DNA from: Candidatus Latescibacterota bacterium
GTDB lineage: Bacteria > Latescibacterota > UBA2968 > GCA-2709665
Direction of reading: 5' to 3'
Length of the DNA: 64,000 bases
Assembly: GCA_965226795.1 (NCBI GenBank)
Contig: CBDDDZ010000005.1
Location: 32,001 to 96,000 of the forward strand
The stretch's first letter is position 1; the number at the start of each line of letters is the position of its first letter. The notes beneath the pieces were generated by a model that made no database searches, had not been told where the DNA came from, and saw nothing but the letters and a program-made list of their open reading frames with translations. The translations under genes and the position numbers were made by a program. Shown piece by piece: positions 1 to 9,251 of this stretch.

Positions 1-200
1 CGCTCAATTGGGAATGGGACTCGACCGGGTTGCCAGGGTTTCGAATCGGAAAACGGTCACGTATTCACCAGGCAGCGGACCGTGATCGACGATCACGGCG
101 TGCGTGGACGAGTGAGATTGACAGGGGTAACTGAGTGAGGAAGTTTCGGAAGTAAAGAAGGGTCGGGGCGCGGGAGAGCAGCTTCGGCCCTTCATTTTTC
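1..200. repeat. Copy A of the degenerate inter-cassette direct repeat (decayed coding remnant plus terminator hairpin 157-193); truncated by the window edge
   Basis: Aligns by eye with 4485-4690 and 6835-7025 (shared blocks GGGACTCG, TTCACC.GG, GGACGAGTG.GA.TGAC, GAGGAAGTTT). Hairpin GAAGGGTCGGGG...CTTCGGCCCTTC. Confidence 0.85.
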
Positions 201-211
201 TGTAGGGTCGT

Positions 212-384
212 TCAAATGCGTTTGGCGATTTGGGGCTGGATCTCTTCGTACTCGGGAAGCGGCTTTCCTTGGGCCTGGAGAGGGCAAGTTCGCCGTGGAT
301 CGTGACATCACAACGTCCGCCGCCCAAAGGAATGAGTGTGAAGGCTTGGATATCCTGTTTGAATTCTTACGGGAATCGGTCGGT
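212..384 (-). pseudogene. Decayed 3' portion of the SelW/Rdx selenoprotein gene
   Basis: Translates TDRFP*EFKQDIQAFTLIPLGGGRCDVTIHGELALSRPKESRFP, frameshift, EYEEIQPQIAKRI*. Colinear with 14272-14445. Has an in-frame TAA and a 1-nt deletion, and lacks the N-terminal CxxU region. Confidence 0.9.
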
Positions 385-442
385 CCGCAGAGTCTTCCTG
401 ACCTGGACGCCGCGAGAGGCAGACGTGCCATGTTGATCGGGC

Positions 443-3400
443 TTATTGGCCGAAGCTGCCCGCAAAGATCAGAAAATCGCTGAACCCGACGGCGTCGTCG
501 CCGTCCAGATCGAACCGCGCGTCATACCCCGTGTCGCCCTGGCTCAGCCCGAACTGCGCCGCGAATTTCAGAAAGTCGGAAAATCCCACGGTACCATCGC
601 CGTCGAAGTCGGTAGAGGGGAGTGGGGGCGAGATGTAACGCGCAATATCCCACAGCAGCACCGTGCCGTCCTCCGAGCCGGAGGAGAGCATGGTACCAAC
701 CTGCGAAAACGACAGAGAATTGACCGAACCAGCATGCCCTTCCAGGGTGGCGACACTTTCTTTCTTCAACACGTCCCACAGTTTTATAACGCCGTAAAAC
801 GAGCCGGTTGCCAGCAGTGTCCCATCGGGCGAAAACGCCCCAGACTTGATCTGACTCTCATGCTCTTCGAAGGTGGCGATGTTCTCTTTTGTAACCGCGT
901 CCCACAGCTTGACCGAGCCTATAATGTGTCCAAGTTTAACATAGTCCGACCCGGTGGCGAGCATCGTACCATCGGGCGAAAACAACACAAAGCCACCGGC
1001 AATATCCACACTTGTGTGACCGATGGGTATCGTTGCGGTATTTTCCAGTGTCGCCACGTCCCACAGGTTGATGAAGCCATCGAAGGTTTTTGAAGCAAGC
1101 TGCTTTCCATCCACAGAAAACGACAGGGTGGTTGTGGAAGAAGCAACGGCGGTCTGTGCCTGCGTCGCCAGGTTCCAGAGAACGATCTCATAAGGTCCCC
1201 CCGAAGCGATCGTTGTTCCGTCCGGGGATGGTACGATACTGAAGATCCCACACCCGGGCCTGAAATAGTCGGCCATAAGCGAAAAAGCACTCGACCTCGG
1301 TGGAGCCTGCCACAGCTTGATTTCCTGGTTCGCACCCGAGGCGAGGGTGGTACCATCCGGTAAAAAAGCTAAGGAAGTGACCGCACTCGTATGCCCTTCC
1401 AGGGTGGCTACCTGTGCGCCTGTTTCCACGTCCCAAAGCCTGACCGTTTTATCGTCGTATCCCAGAGCGAGTATCGTTCCGTCGCCTGAAAACGCCACCG
1501 AAGAAACCGCGCCGCCTTTCACGAGCTCGTCCACAACTCCTCTCGCCGAAACATCCCACAGGTTGACCGAGCCATCGGAAAGACCCGAGGCGAGAACCCC
1601 ATCGCGTGAGAACGCGACGGACGTGACTCCAACAGTAGGTACTTCGAGGGTAGAGACATTCTCTCTTGTCGCCACGTCCCACAGCTTGATAGTGCCGTCG
1701 CTTGAAGCCGAAACGAGGGTTTTCTCATCGACTGAAAACGTCACGGAATTGACTCTGTCCGTATGCCCTTCGAGGGTGGCGACATTGTTCCTTGTCGTTA
1801 CGTCCCATAGCTTGATTGTCCAGTCCCAGGACCCGGAGGCAAGAATGGTGCCATCTGGTGAAAACGAAATGGATGCGACCGGGTACGTATGCCCCTCGAG
1901 CGTAGCGACCTGGGTGTCCGTGGTTACGTCCCACAGCTTGATCGTCCTGTCATGGGACCCTAAAGCGAGCAGCTTCCCGTCCGGCGAGAACGATACGGAG
2001 ATAGGATCATTGAGATAATTGGATGTGCGCCTTCCTTCATATGTGGCGACATTGCGTCCCGTCTCCGTGTCCCACAGCATGATGGTGTTATCCAGGGAAC
2101 CGGAAGCGAGCAGCTTCCCGTCCGGTGAAAAGGCCACGGACAAAACCCAGTTACCATATGCGGAAATAGTAGTGGTCAGTACGCCTGTCGCTACGTCCCA
2201 TAGCTTGATGTTGTCCTGGAAATAGTATCGCTCGGACCACGCGAGGTTGGAACCGTCCGGTGAGAAGGACATGGAGGTGATCTGCTTCTCGGCGGGCAAC
2301 AGGACGAGCGGCCGCGACTTCGCCACATCGTAAAGCCAGACGCCAATCTTTGTCGCCACAGCGAGCTGTTGGCCATCCGGCGAAAAGACAACCGCTCTCC
2401 CGTCCAGCGCAAGGCGGCCTTTTCCAAGTCGAGCAGTTGCACCATCCGGTAGATGCCATGTGCGGAATTCACGGCCCATGCTCGGGGGCATGACAGGCTC
2501 TCCATGGCCCACCGCATGAAATGTCTCGACTGCGAGTTCTTCCAGAGACACTTCAACGGCGTTCGCGCCTGGGTTGGGACCAAGGGTAAGGATACGCTCC
2601 GCCCGGCCACTGGCATCGGTCGTCACGTTTTTCAGCTTGAAGCGTCCACTGAGCCTGCCGTCGCCTGCAGTGACCGTAAAGGTGACCTGCGCACCCGGCA
2701 GCGGATTGCCGTACTGATCTCTCACTTCCACGACGATGGGAGTTGCCAATACAGAACCTGTCGCGCCCTGCTGGTCGTCACCGGAAATTATATCCAGCGT
2801 TTGAGGACGAGGGAGCGTCGATTCAGACGCAACTGCGGAAAGGACAAAATCCGTCTGGCTCACATTCCCCGCGGCATCGACGGCCCTGACCTGGATATCA
2901 TGCCTGGGTGGCGTGGAAAGACTCGTAAAATCACCCTCTATTACAGCACTCGGAATGACGCCGTTGTAATCGAAGGTGACGACAGCATTCTCATCACCCG
3001 CCAACCCTCGACACGCCCTCACTTCAGTCCCACGGGAATTTTCGAACAGGATCACTTGATAAAGTCCATCCGAATCGCTGACTTCGAGCTGCACGGAAAC
3101 GCTTTTTTCGCCCTCCGGATAGGTAAGCGGCGAGATCAGTTCGATAGCAGGGGCTCGCGCCGCTTCAATTGGTACACTCCGATTGAAATAGGGATGCACG
3201 GTAAGAAACTCGGCGTTGCACGCTGACACTCCGGACTCCTGGAGGTTACCGTACGACATGACGTACGCGTTGGCGCGGAAATCGTGCTGTAACCCGAAGG
3301 TGTGGCCCAATTCGTGGCTGACAACATTGTGGAAATTGAACGGATCCATTTCGTTGCTGGTAACCAGAGCCAATCCCCCTATTTTTCCAATTCGTGTTGC

Positions 3401-3931
3401 TTTCCCTCCCGCGAACCTGTCAATCACACCCGTGCTATTGTCGATGACGACAAGGTATATGTTTTGTTCCGGATCAAACGCGTTTTCAATCTCTTCTAAC
3501 ACCTTTCCGGTTGTGTCGTCAAGATAGTGACTGTCGGCGTGTTGCCCATCCACGCGATGCACAATCGGCGTTCCCTCTGCATCGGATTCAAAGCCGAAGG
3601 TTTTATCCCCGTAGCCGCGCGCCTGCAAGGATACGGTATAGAAGGTCTGAACCTCGCGGATCCTGTCTTTCATATCCTGAACGACCTCCGCGCTATAAGG
3701 GCGGTCATCAGGCAGGAAGTAGATCATCCGCACCGTGCGCGGTTCGCCCACGTTCAGATCCGCCGGCCGCTTGGCGGCAGGGCGGGGGTGATCCCGCCGC
3801 CATTCCTCGTAATCGAAAGGCGCGCAGAAATGCACGCTGTCGGGTGGTGAGGAAGAGGCGGAACTGATGGAAGCGCAATACAGCATTGCGAAAAAGCATA
3901 TCGCCACGTTTACTGCCGTCTTTTCATACAT
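443..3931 (-). CDS. Secreted multidomain protein: reprolysin-like Zn metallopeptidase, Ig-like (Big_1) domain, about 14 WD40 repeats, C-terminal EF-hand/dockerin-like pair
   Basis: Signal peptide; HELGHTFGLQH with downstream Met-turn (YVMSY); VEVRDQYGNPLPGAQVTFTVT Ig-like motif; 14 repeats ending in WD or a close variant; DFDGDGTVGFSDF and DLDGDDAVGFSDF. AAAGGG RBS. Confidence 0.9.
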   Translation of the reverse strand: MYEKTAVNVAICFFAMLYCASISSASSSPPDSVHFCAPFDYEEWRRDHPRPAAKRPADLNVGEPRTVRMIYFLPDDRPYSAEVVQDMKDRIREVQTFYTVSLQARGYGDKTFGFESDAEGTPIVHRVDGQHADSHYLDDTTGKVLEEIENAFDPEQNIYLVVIDNSTGVIDRFAGGKATRIGKIGGLALVTSNEMDPFNFHNVVSHELGHTFGLQHDFRANAYVMSYGNLQESGVSACNAEFLTVHPYFNRSVPIEAARAPAIELISPLTYPEGEKSVSVQLEVSDSDGLYQVILFENSRGTEVRACRGLAGDENAVVTFDYNGVIPSAVIEGDFTSLSTPPRHDIQVRAVDAAGNVSQTDFVLSAVASESTLPRPQTLDIISGDDQQGATGSVLATPIVVEVRDQYGNPLPGAQVTFTVTAGDGRLSGRFKLKNVTTDASGRAERILTLGPNPGANAVEVSLEELAVETFHAVGHGEPVMPPSMGREFRTWHLPDGATARLGKGRLALDGRAVVFSPDGQQLAVATKIGVWLYDVAKSRPLVLLPAEKQITSMSFSPDGSNLAWSERYYFQDNIKLWDVATGVLTTTISAYGNWVLSVAFSPDGKLLASGSLDNTIMLWDTETGRNVATYEGRRTSNYLNDPISVSFSPDGKLLALGSHDRTIKLWDVTTDTQVATLEGHTYPVASISFSPDGTILASGSWDWTIKLWDVTTRNNVATLEGHTDRVNSVTFSVDEKTLVSASSDGTIKLWDVATRENVSTLEVPTVGVTSVAFSRDGVLASGLSDGSVNLWDVSARGVVDELVKGGAVSSVAFSGDGTILALGYDDKTVRLWDVETGAQVATLEGHTSAVTSLAFLPDGTTLASGANQEIKLWQAPPRSSAFSLMADYFRPGCGIFSIVPSPDGTTIASGGPYEIVLWNLATQAQTAVASSTTTLSFSVDGKQLASKTFDGFINLWDVATLENTATIPIGHTSVDIAGGFVLFSPDGTMLATGSDYVKLGHIIGSVKLWDAVTKENIATFEEHESQIKSGAFSPDGTLLATGSFYGVIKLWDVLKKESVATLEGHAGSVNSLSFSQVGTMLSSGSEDGTVLLWDIARYISPPLPSTDFDGDGTVGFSDFLKFAAQFGLSQGDTGYDARFDLDGDDAVGFSDFLIFAGSFGQ

Positions 3932-4022
3932 TTGTATGCCCTTTCTTTAGAGCGACAAGCAACCATGCGTTGCAATCGCCGGATGTGTCGGCGCTCGCCG
4001 CACCTCGTACACTGCAATTTCG

Positions 4023-4247
4023 TCATTGCAAGCGGAACTTCGCAGCGAACTTCACGAAATCGCCAAAGCCGATCGTCCCGTCGCCGTCAAAGTCTCGTAT
4101 GGACGCGGTATCGTCGCCGTTGGCATCGACGGCTACAGCATTGGTTGTTGTGGGATCAATGTTTGCATTGGAACCTGTCGCGGCGTGACATACGAATGCC
4201 AGCAGCGCCAGGGCGGCACTGAACATAATTCCATTTCGCGATTGCAA
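4023..4247 (-). pseudogene. Truncated paralogue: signal peptide plus first EF-hand only
   Basis: 4043-4218 matches 8373-8548 with about 5 mismatches. Reading frame stops after KFRLQ; no catalytic domain. AGGAGAG RBS retained. Confidence 0.8.
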
Positions 4248-4249
4248 TT

Positions 4250-4700
4250 TCCGCTCTCCTAGCTATCGGTGCTGACTGAACGCCCCGGCTACTTCGAAAA
4301 GATAAGCAAAACAGCACATGCCCAAAGCGCAATATGTTTTGTGTGGTCCTCTATTGCGCAATATTTATACTGAATGTATCACATGTCTCAGATGTCCGTC
4401 AAGATGCGAAAATTGCCCCTCCGTTCGCAATTTGTCCCGGTTGCAACTTTTTCCGGCATGACCTTATTTGCCGATAGGCACGGGACCCTCAATCGGGGAT
4501 GGGACTCGCGGGTGTCGCCTGGCAACGAATCGGAGAACGGACGCTTCTTCACCTGGCGCCGGACCGAGATCGCCTATTAGGGCGGGCCCGGACGAGTGTG
4601 ATTGACGAAGGTATCTGAGTGAGGAAGTTTGGGGAGCAAAGAGAATGGTAAAGGCGTGTACCAGCGGTTTCGACCCTTTCTTTCATTTATTTGCGCATAG
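4250..4700. repeat. Copy B of the inter-cassette repeat (promoter/leader region, coding remnant, degenerate hairpin)
   Basis: Colinear with 6606-7030, e.g. CAAAGCGCAAT, GAATGTATCACAT, CCGTTCGCAATTTGTCCCGGTT. Confidence 0.85.
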
Positions 4701-4778
4701 ATGCAGTAGGCTAATTGGGACGGAGTTTCCTGTATTTCGGTACGGCTGGCGCGTTCTATGGCACGGAAACACGAGGAA

Positions 4779-6605
4779 TCATCGATGTATGGTGCGGACG
4801 ATACGTCCCTGCTTGTCAACCACGTAGATAGGTTCATTCATCAGCCCGGCGCCGCACGTCAGCGTCGACTCCGGTACTAATGGCAGGCCCGGAAACGACT
4901 TCACTTGGTTATCATTGAACCCAGTGTAACCAGTCCAAACCCGTGCGAGGCTATTCAAACGCCCCGTCCGGCGGTCGTCTTCGAGAATCGCGGAAGGTCC
5001 ATCCCAAACGCTTCCCTGTCCGTACAGGTCTGCGTCGCGTGACGGAGTTATAGTGTGCCGCGTGAGATCGAGAACGGAGCCGGAGACCGAGGGCTGGTAT
5101 GAGGCGATCTTTGCGGCCATCTTGCCGGCGGTGGAAGTGGGAAGGGTATACGCATCGGCCTGTGCGACATCCACGCCGTAGCCGAGATCGGCCAGAGACT
5201 GAACCGTAATCGCGCTGAGCGCCCCTCCGCCGCCCGGCCCCATGAGTTCGCCCTCAAGCAAAGGTACCCTCCAGTGCGAATAACTCTTCTCCAACGGCAC
5301 TTTTGCACCCGTGTAGTCCCGTCCGCCGGCGTCGTCAAAGGCGGCGATCGCCAGCGGACCGTTGAAGTGTCTGTCGCCATTCGGCGGGTCCTGAAGGTAG
5401 CCGAACTCGTTCCATACATAACTAGAAAACCCCAGAACGTGCCCCGTCTCGTGGAGCCCGGTCACCAGCCAATAGAGGAATTTCGTATTGAACGTCATGC
5501 ATCCCACGATGGGTAGACGGGTGTCGCGTAACAGGCTTACCCCACCATACCCAGCTGGACCGTCGGCGTCTTCAAAGCGGCTCACATAGATCCGCAGGTC
5601 GTCTACCCGTTCCCCGGAGGGAATTTCAAATGAATGTTCGCCGCACGTACCCGACCAGTCCTGAGCAAATTCATAGTCCGGCAGATCCTCCGTAATGATT
5701 GACATCCAGCGCCGGCTCACCCATTGAAGCGCATGCTTCTGACCTTCAGTGTAGTCTTCAGTAATGTCGCCGAGCAAAACTAATTCGATGTCGAAGTCGC
5801 CCTTGTGGAACGAATCAAAGCGTACCGTAACCCCGCGGCTCTCAAGGACGGGAATATGATCGTTGATGGAGGAGTCGTTCAGGACGTTCCACAAAAGACC
5901 CAACTGAGTGAGGTTGGTCAAGCCCGAAAGTGCCGAGATATCCGTGATCGCGTTATGGCCAAGATCCAGGTTTGTCAGGTTGGTCAAGCCCCCCAGCGCC
6001 GACACATCCGAGATGTTGTTTCCGAAAAGGTTCAGGACTGTCAGGTTGGCCAGGCTCCCCAGCGCCGACACATCCGTGATGTTGTTTAATACAAGAACCA
6101 GCTGTGTCAGGTTGGTGGCATACTCCAGCCCGCTCAAATCGCTTATGTCCGCTGCTTCCGCCACAAGCGTGGTCAGAGTCTTCATTTCAGCCTGTGTGAT
6201 CTGCGTGCGGCTGGCCTTTCCCAGGGCCAACTCAATAGCCGCCCTCAGGTTTGCATCCGGAATCGCGACGACCGGAGAAGGCACCTCTTTGCCGAAGTTT
6301 TGTGCGAAGATGACAAAGTCCGAAAAACCGATCTCGCCATCGCCATCCAAATCAAGCCGGTCATCGTACTTCTCATCACTCTGGCGCGCTCCGAACACCC
6401 CAGCGAAGATCACAAAATCGCCAAAGCCGATGGTCCCGTCACCGTCAAAGTCTGGTATGGACGCGGTATCGTCGCCGTTGGCATCGACGCTGGTCGCAAG
6501 TGCTGACACATCGCCATCGCTTGCATCGGAACCCACAGCGGCGTGACATACAAATGCCAGAATTGCAAGGCTGGCGCCGATCATAATTCTATATCGTGAT
6601 GGCAT
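4779..6605 (-). CDS. Secreted protein: EF-hand/dockerin-like pair, internalin-type LRRs, leishmanolysin (M8)-like Zn metallopeptidase
   Basis: Signal peptide; DFDGDGTIGFGDF and DLDGDGEIGFSDF; IPDANLRAAI cap followed by about five 22-aa LRRs; HETGHVLGF...SHW...ELM. AGGAGAG RBS. Confidence 0.88.
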   Translation of the reverse strand: MPSRYRIMIGASLAILAFVCHAAVGSDASDGDVSALATSVDANGDDTASIPDFDGDGTIGFGDFVIFAGVFGARQSDEKYDDRLDLDGDGEIGFSDFVIFAQNFGKEVPSPVVAIPDANLRAAIELALGKASRTQITQAEMKTLTTLVAEAADISDLSGLEYATNLTQLVLVLNNITDVSALGSLANLTVLNLFGNNISDVSALGGLTNLTNLDLGHNAITDISALSGLTNLTQLGLLWNVLNDSSINDHIPVLESRGVTVRFDSFHKGDFDIELVLLGDITEDYTEGQKHALQWVSRRWMSIITEDLPDYEFAQDWSGTCGEHSFEIPSGERVDDLRIYVSRFEDADGPAGYGGVSLLRDTRLPIVGCMTFNTKFLYWLVTGLHETGHVLGFSSYVWNEFGYLQDPPNGDRHFNGPLAIAAFDDAGGRDYTGAKVPLEKSYSHWRVPLLEGELMGPGGGGALSAITVQSLADLGYGVDVAQADAYTLPTSTAGKMAAKIASYQPSVSGSVLDLTRHTITPSRDADLYGQGSVWDGPSAILEDDRRTGRLNSLARVWTGYTGFNDNQVKSFPGLPLVPESTLTCGAGLMNEPIYVVDKQGRIVRTIHR

Positions 6606-7080
6606 TTTTCGCTCTCCTGGCTACTTTTGTTGACAGATCGCCTCTGCGATTTAATCAAGAACTGCACCTGCCAAAAGCGCAATCTGGTTTGTGCGATGCT
6701 CTAATGTGCAATATCAATCAAGAATGTATCACATATTGCTGATGCCATGCAATACCCGAAATTTGCCCCACCGTTCGCAATTTGTCCCGGTTTCCACTTT
6801 TTTTTCGTATAACCTCATTTGCCGTTGGGCACGGCACTAAATCTGGGACGAGACTCGCCGGGGTCGGCTCGGCGATGAACTTGAAAATGGCCTCGTATTC
6901 ACCTGGTACAGGGCAGCGATCGACTATAACGGCGGGTTTGGACGAGTGTGACTGACACGGGTAACTAAGCGAGGAAGTTTGGGCAACAAAGAAGGGTAGA
7001 GGCGCGCGGCTTCGCCCCTTCTCGTCGTTATGCAATCGATCAGATGCGTCTGGCGACCTGGCGCTGGATTCCTTCGCTGC
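6606..7080. repeat. Copy C of the inter-cassette repeat, including hairpin 6991-7021 and the last ~35 nt of selW (7040-7076)
   Basis: TCAGATGCGTCTGGCGACCTGGCGCTGGATTCCTTCG resembles the selW 3' end TCAGATGCGTTTCGCTATTTGGGGCTGGATCTCTTCG. The remainder aligns with copies A and B. Confidence 0.85.
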
Positions 7081-7098
7081 CCCGCAAAACGCCATCCA

Positions 7099-8580
7099 TC
7101 ACGGTTGTTCTGCTTCTGCCGAAATGTGTCTCGACGTCCTTTCGAGAACCTCGTGGCCGTTCCGAAATTCCAAGTGATCCTCAATTGGCGGTGGGGGCGT
7201 TCCAAATGAGCGCGGCACCACAATTTTTGCTCCAGAGCGGCGTCGAAGTTGTGCCAGACCGCCCATCGTGATTGTTCCCCGGCCGCCGGTTGCTTCGTGG
7301 AAGTTCCAAAGCAGCCAGCCACTCTTCTCCAGGTCGTCCTCACCCGCGTGGCTGAACCATAATGCGTCGTCGCTCACACTTTCCAGTATGTCTCGGGTCG
7401 CGGGGTAGTCCTCACTAACCAGCAGAATAACCGCGGCGCGAAAGTCCTTCTGGGATTGCAGGTGGTCGGGAGCGCGTGGTCCATGCTCGGCGATGATGTC
7501 GTCTATAGTGTATTTCTTTATCTCGCGTGCGGAAAAAATGCGATCCCCGTTTTCATCTCTGACAAGATCGCCCGCTTCGCCAAAAAGCCACTCCCCATCC
7601 ACTGCGGCCCACACATCAGGGACCTCCTCTGGCGGCACGAAACCTGCCAGGTACAGTTCGAGAGGAGGATAGGGATTTCGCTTAGGGTCGATTGGGTCTT
7701 TGGCACCAGTGTACCTGCCTCCACCAAGGTCAACTATCTCTTCAAAATCAGAACGAAAGGCACCACCGAGAGATCCACGGATATTGCTCTTCCCGTTCCA
7801 ATGTCCTCCATCTGATAGTGGCTCACCGAGGAAGGCTGCCCATCGATGCATCAACTCGTGCAGGAGGGTACCCTCACGAAAGTCGGAATACTCAAACACC
7901 GGGTGATATGGCTCATAGACAGAAAAGAAAATCACGCCCTGGAGTTTCCCTTCGGACCCCCACGTACTATTGTTGGAGAAAAGCGATAGTCCGATACCTC
8001 GCACATCGTTCTTCAGGTGTGCAAAAAAGCCTCCGTCCAACGAACCTGGTTCTAGCTGGGTCTCTCGACGCACGTTGGCGAAGAAAATCAGGAAATCGAA
8101 CTCATCGCGGAAGCGCCCATAGAATCGCGCCGCATAGTCTTCCAGTGGTGGCTCATTGCCGAAATCCGGCCAAAGGGCGGCGAGATTTTCTGCTACGGGA
8201 AGGACAAATACGTTGTCATTGTAAATCTGCGGCTCGGTAAAGTCGGTTGAAGGCACGTCTTTACCGAAGTTCTGCGCAAAGATCACGAAGTCAGAAAACC
8301 CGATTTCACCGTCGCCGTTCAGATCATACTTCGCTTCGTACTTCTCATCACTCTGGCGCGCCCCGAACACCCCAGCGAACTTCACGAAATCGCCAAAGCC
8401 GATCGTCCCGTCGCCGTCGAAGTCCGGAATGGAGGCGGTATCGTCGCCGTTGGCATCGACGGCTACAGCATTGGTTGTTGTGGGATCAATGTTTGCATTG
8501 GAACCTGTCGCGGCGTGACATACGAATGCCAGCAGCGCCAGGGCGGCAAGATAGATTGTGCCCTTCAAGGAAGTCATCAT
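7099..8580 (-). CDS. Secreted EF-hand/dockerin-like protein with putative Zn metallopeptidase domain
   Basis: Signal peptide colinear with the paralogues (start 8580 or 8577 preferred over 8625); two EF-hand motifs; TLLHELMHRW...GHW. Confidence 0.85.
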   Translation of the reverse strand: MMTSLKGTIYLAALALLAFVCHAATGSNANIDPTTTNAVAVDANGDDTASIPDFDGDGTIGFGDFVKFAGVFGARQSDEKYEAKYDLNGDGEIGFSDFVIFAQNFGKDVPSTDFTEPQIYNDNVFVLPVAENLAALWPDFGNEPPLEDYAARFYGRFRDEFDFLIFFANVRRETQLEPGSLDGGFFAHLKNDVRGIGLSLFSNNSTWGSEGKLQGVIFFSVYEPYHPVFEYSDFREGTLLHELMHRWAAFLGEPLSDGGHWNGKSNIRGSLGGAFRSDFEEIVDLGGGRYTGAKDPIDPKRNPYPPLELYLAGFVPPEEVPDVWAAVDGEWLFGEAGDLVRDENGDRIFSAREIKKYTIDDIIAEHGPRAPDHLQSQKDFRAAVILLVSEDYPATRDILESVSDDALWFSHAGEDDLEKSGWLLWNFHEATGGRGTITMGGLAQLRRRSGAKIVVPRSFGTPPPPIEDHLEFRNGHEVLERTSRHISAEAEQP

Positions 8581-8866
8581 TCGAACCATCCTGTTCATAA
8601 CTACCGGATTTCTACTCAGACCCATTCAATCTGGTGGAACCCGGATGCCGAGTTACATCACTGCAACCGCCTCAGTTACGGATGTCGACCTCGTTATCGG
8701 GTATAATGCGTCCAGTAATGGTACGCAATGTGAAACCGGCGTTCAACGCAGTTTGTTTGTCGAATCGTCCGTAATTTGTCCTGGATTCCACCAATTACGA
8801 TATGTCGAATGGGAGGATAGATTCGATGGTGGGGACCCCCCACCGTCGCGTTTCGACGTGCGAACC

Positions 8867-9023
8867 GTAGCGGCAGGTTTCAAGCCTGCCCTAACTGTCC
8901 TATGTGCACGGATGCGAGGGACATCGGATACTGTCTGCTGGGTTTCGGCGGCGAGATCCTCTCTTGAGTGCCCATGCCGGCAGAACGACGTTGAGGCGGG
9001 CAGACAGGAATGTCCGCCCCACC
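8867..9023. repeat. Pair of oppositely oriented REP-like palindromes
   Basis: GTAGCGGCAGGTTTCAAGCCTGCC at 8867 and, on the minus strand, GTGGGGCGGACATTCCTGTCTGCCC ending at about 9022. Confidence 0.5.
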
Positions 9024-9080
9024 TTCAGGCAAGTTTCCTTAGGGTGTTGGCGCAATGCTGAAAACGGTGCTTAGACAAAC

Positions 9081-9163
9081 AAAAAGGGTCGAGGTGCTTG
9101 GCTTCGACTCTTTTATTTGATGGATGATCGGTTAGAAGCGTTTGGAGATTCCGGGCTGGATCT
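9081..9163. terminator. Copy D (short): bidirectional terminator hairpin 9081-9114 plus decayed selW 3' tip 9132-9163
   Basis: AAAAAGGGTCGAGG-loop-CTTCGACTCTTTT, followed by TTAGAAGCGTTTGGAGATTCCGGGCTGGATCT, which resembles the selW end. Confidence 0.75.
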
Positions 9164-9251
9164 AAACGACCAGCGAGGCGGGATCCGGATAATCCTGCCC
9201 GGAATCTCTATGAATCAAGGGCCAATCGTGCGGATGACACGACACTGGAGG

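Noticed and set aside
4..327. ORFs 4-327 and 6718-7095 sharing TSSLSYPCQSHSS as a small protein family
   Set aside because: The similarity follows from the DNA repeat. The frames cross a terminator and a frameshifted selW remnant, and copy B does not keep the frame.
3980..3995. 16-nt inverted match (CGGATGTGTCGGCGCT) to the LRR repeats at about 6000 and 6065
   Set aside because: Too short and isolated to interpret; may be chance or deletion debris.
4421..4445. Sigma-54 promoter in the conserved upstream motif
   Set aside because: GG and GC are not at the required -24/-12 spacing.
1..9200. Integron, CRISPR or diversity-generating retroelement as the explanation for the repeats
   Set aside because: No attC-like sites, integrase, regular short repeat-spacer pattern or reverse transcriptase were seen. 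The few mismatches between near-identical leaders are not confined to adenines.
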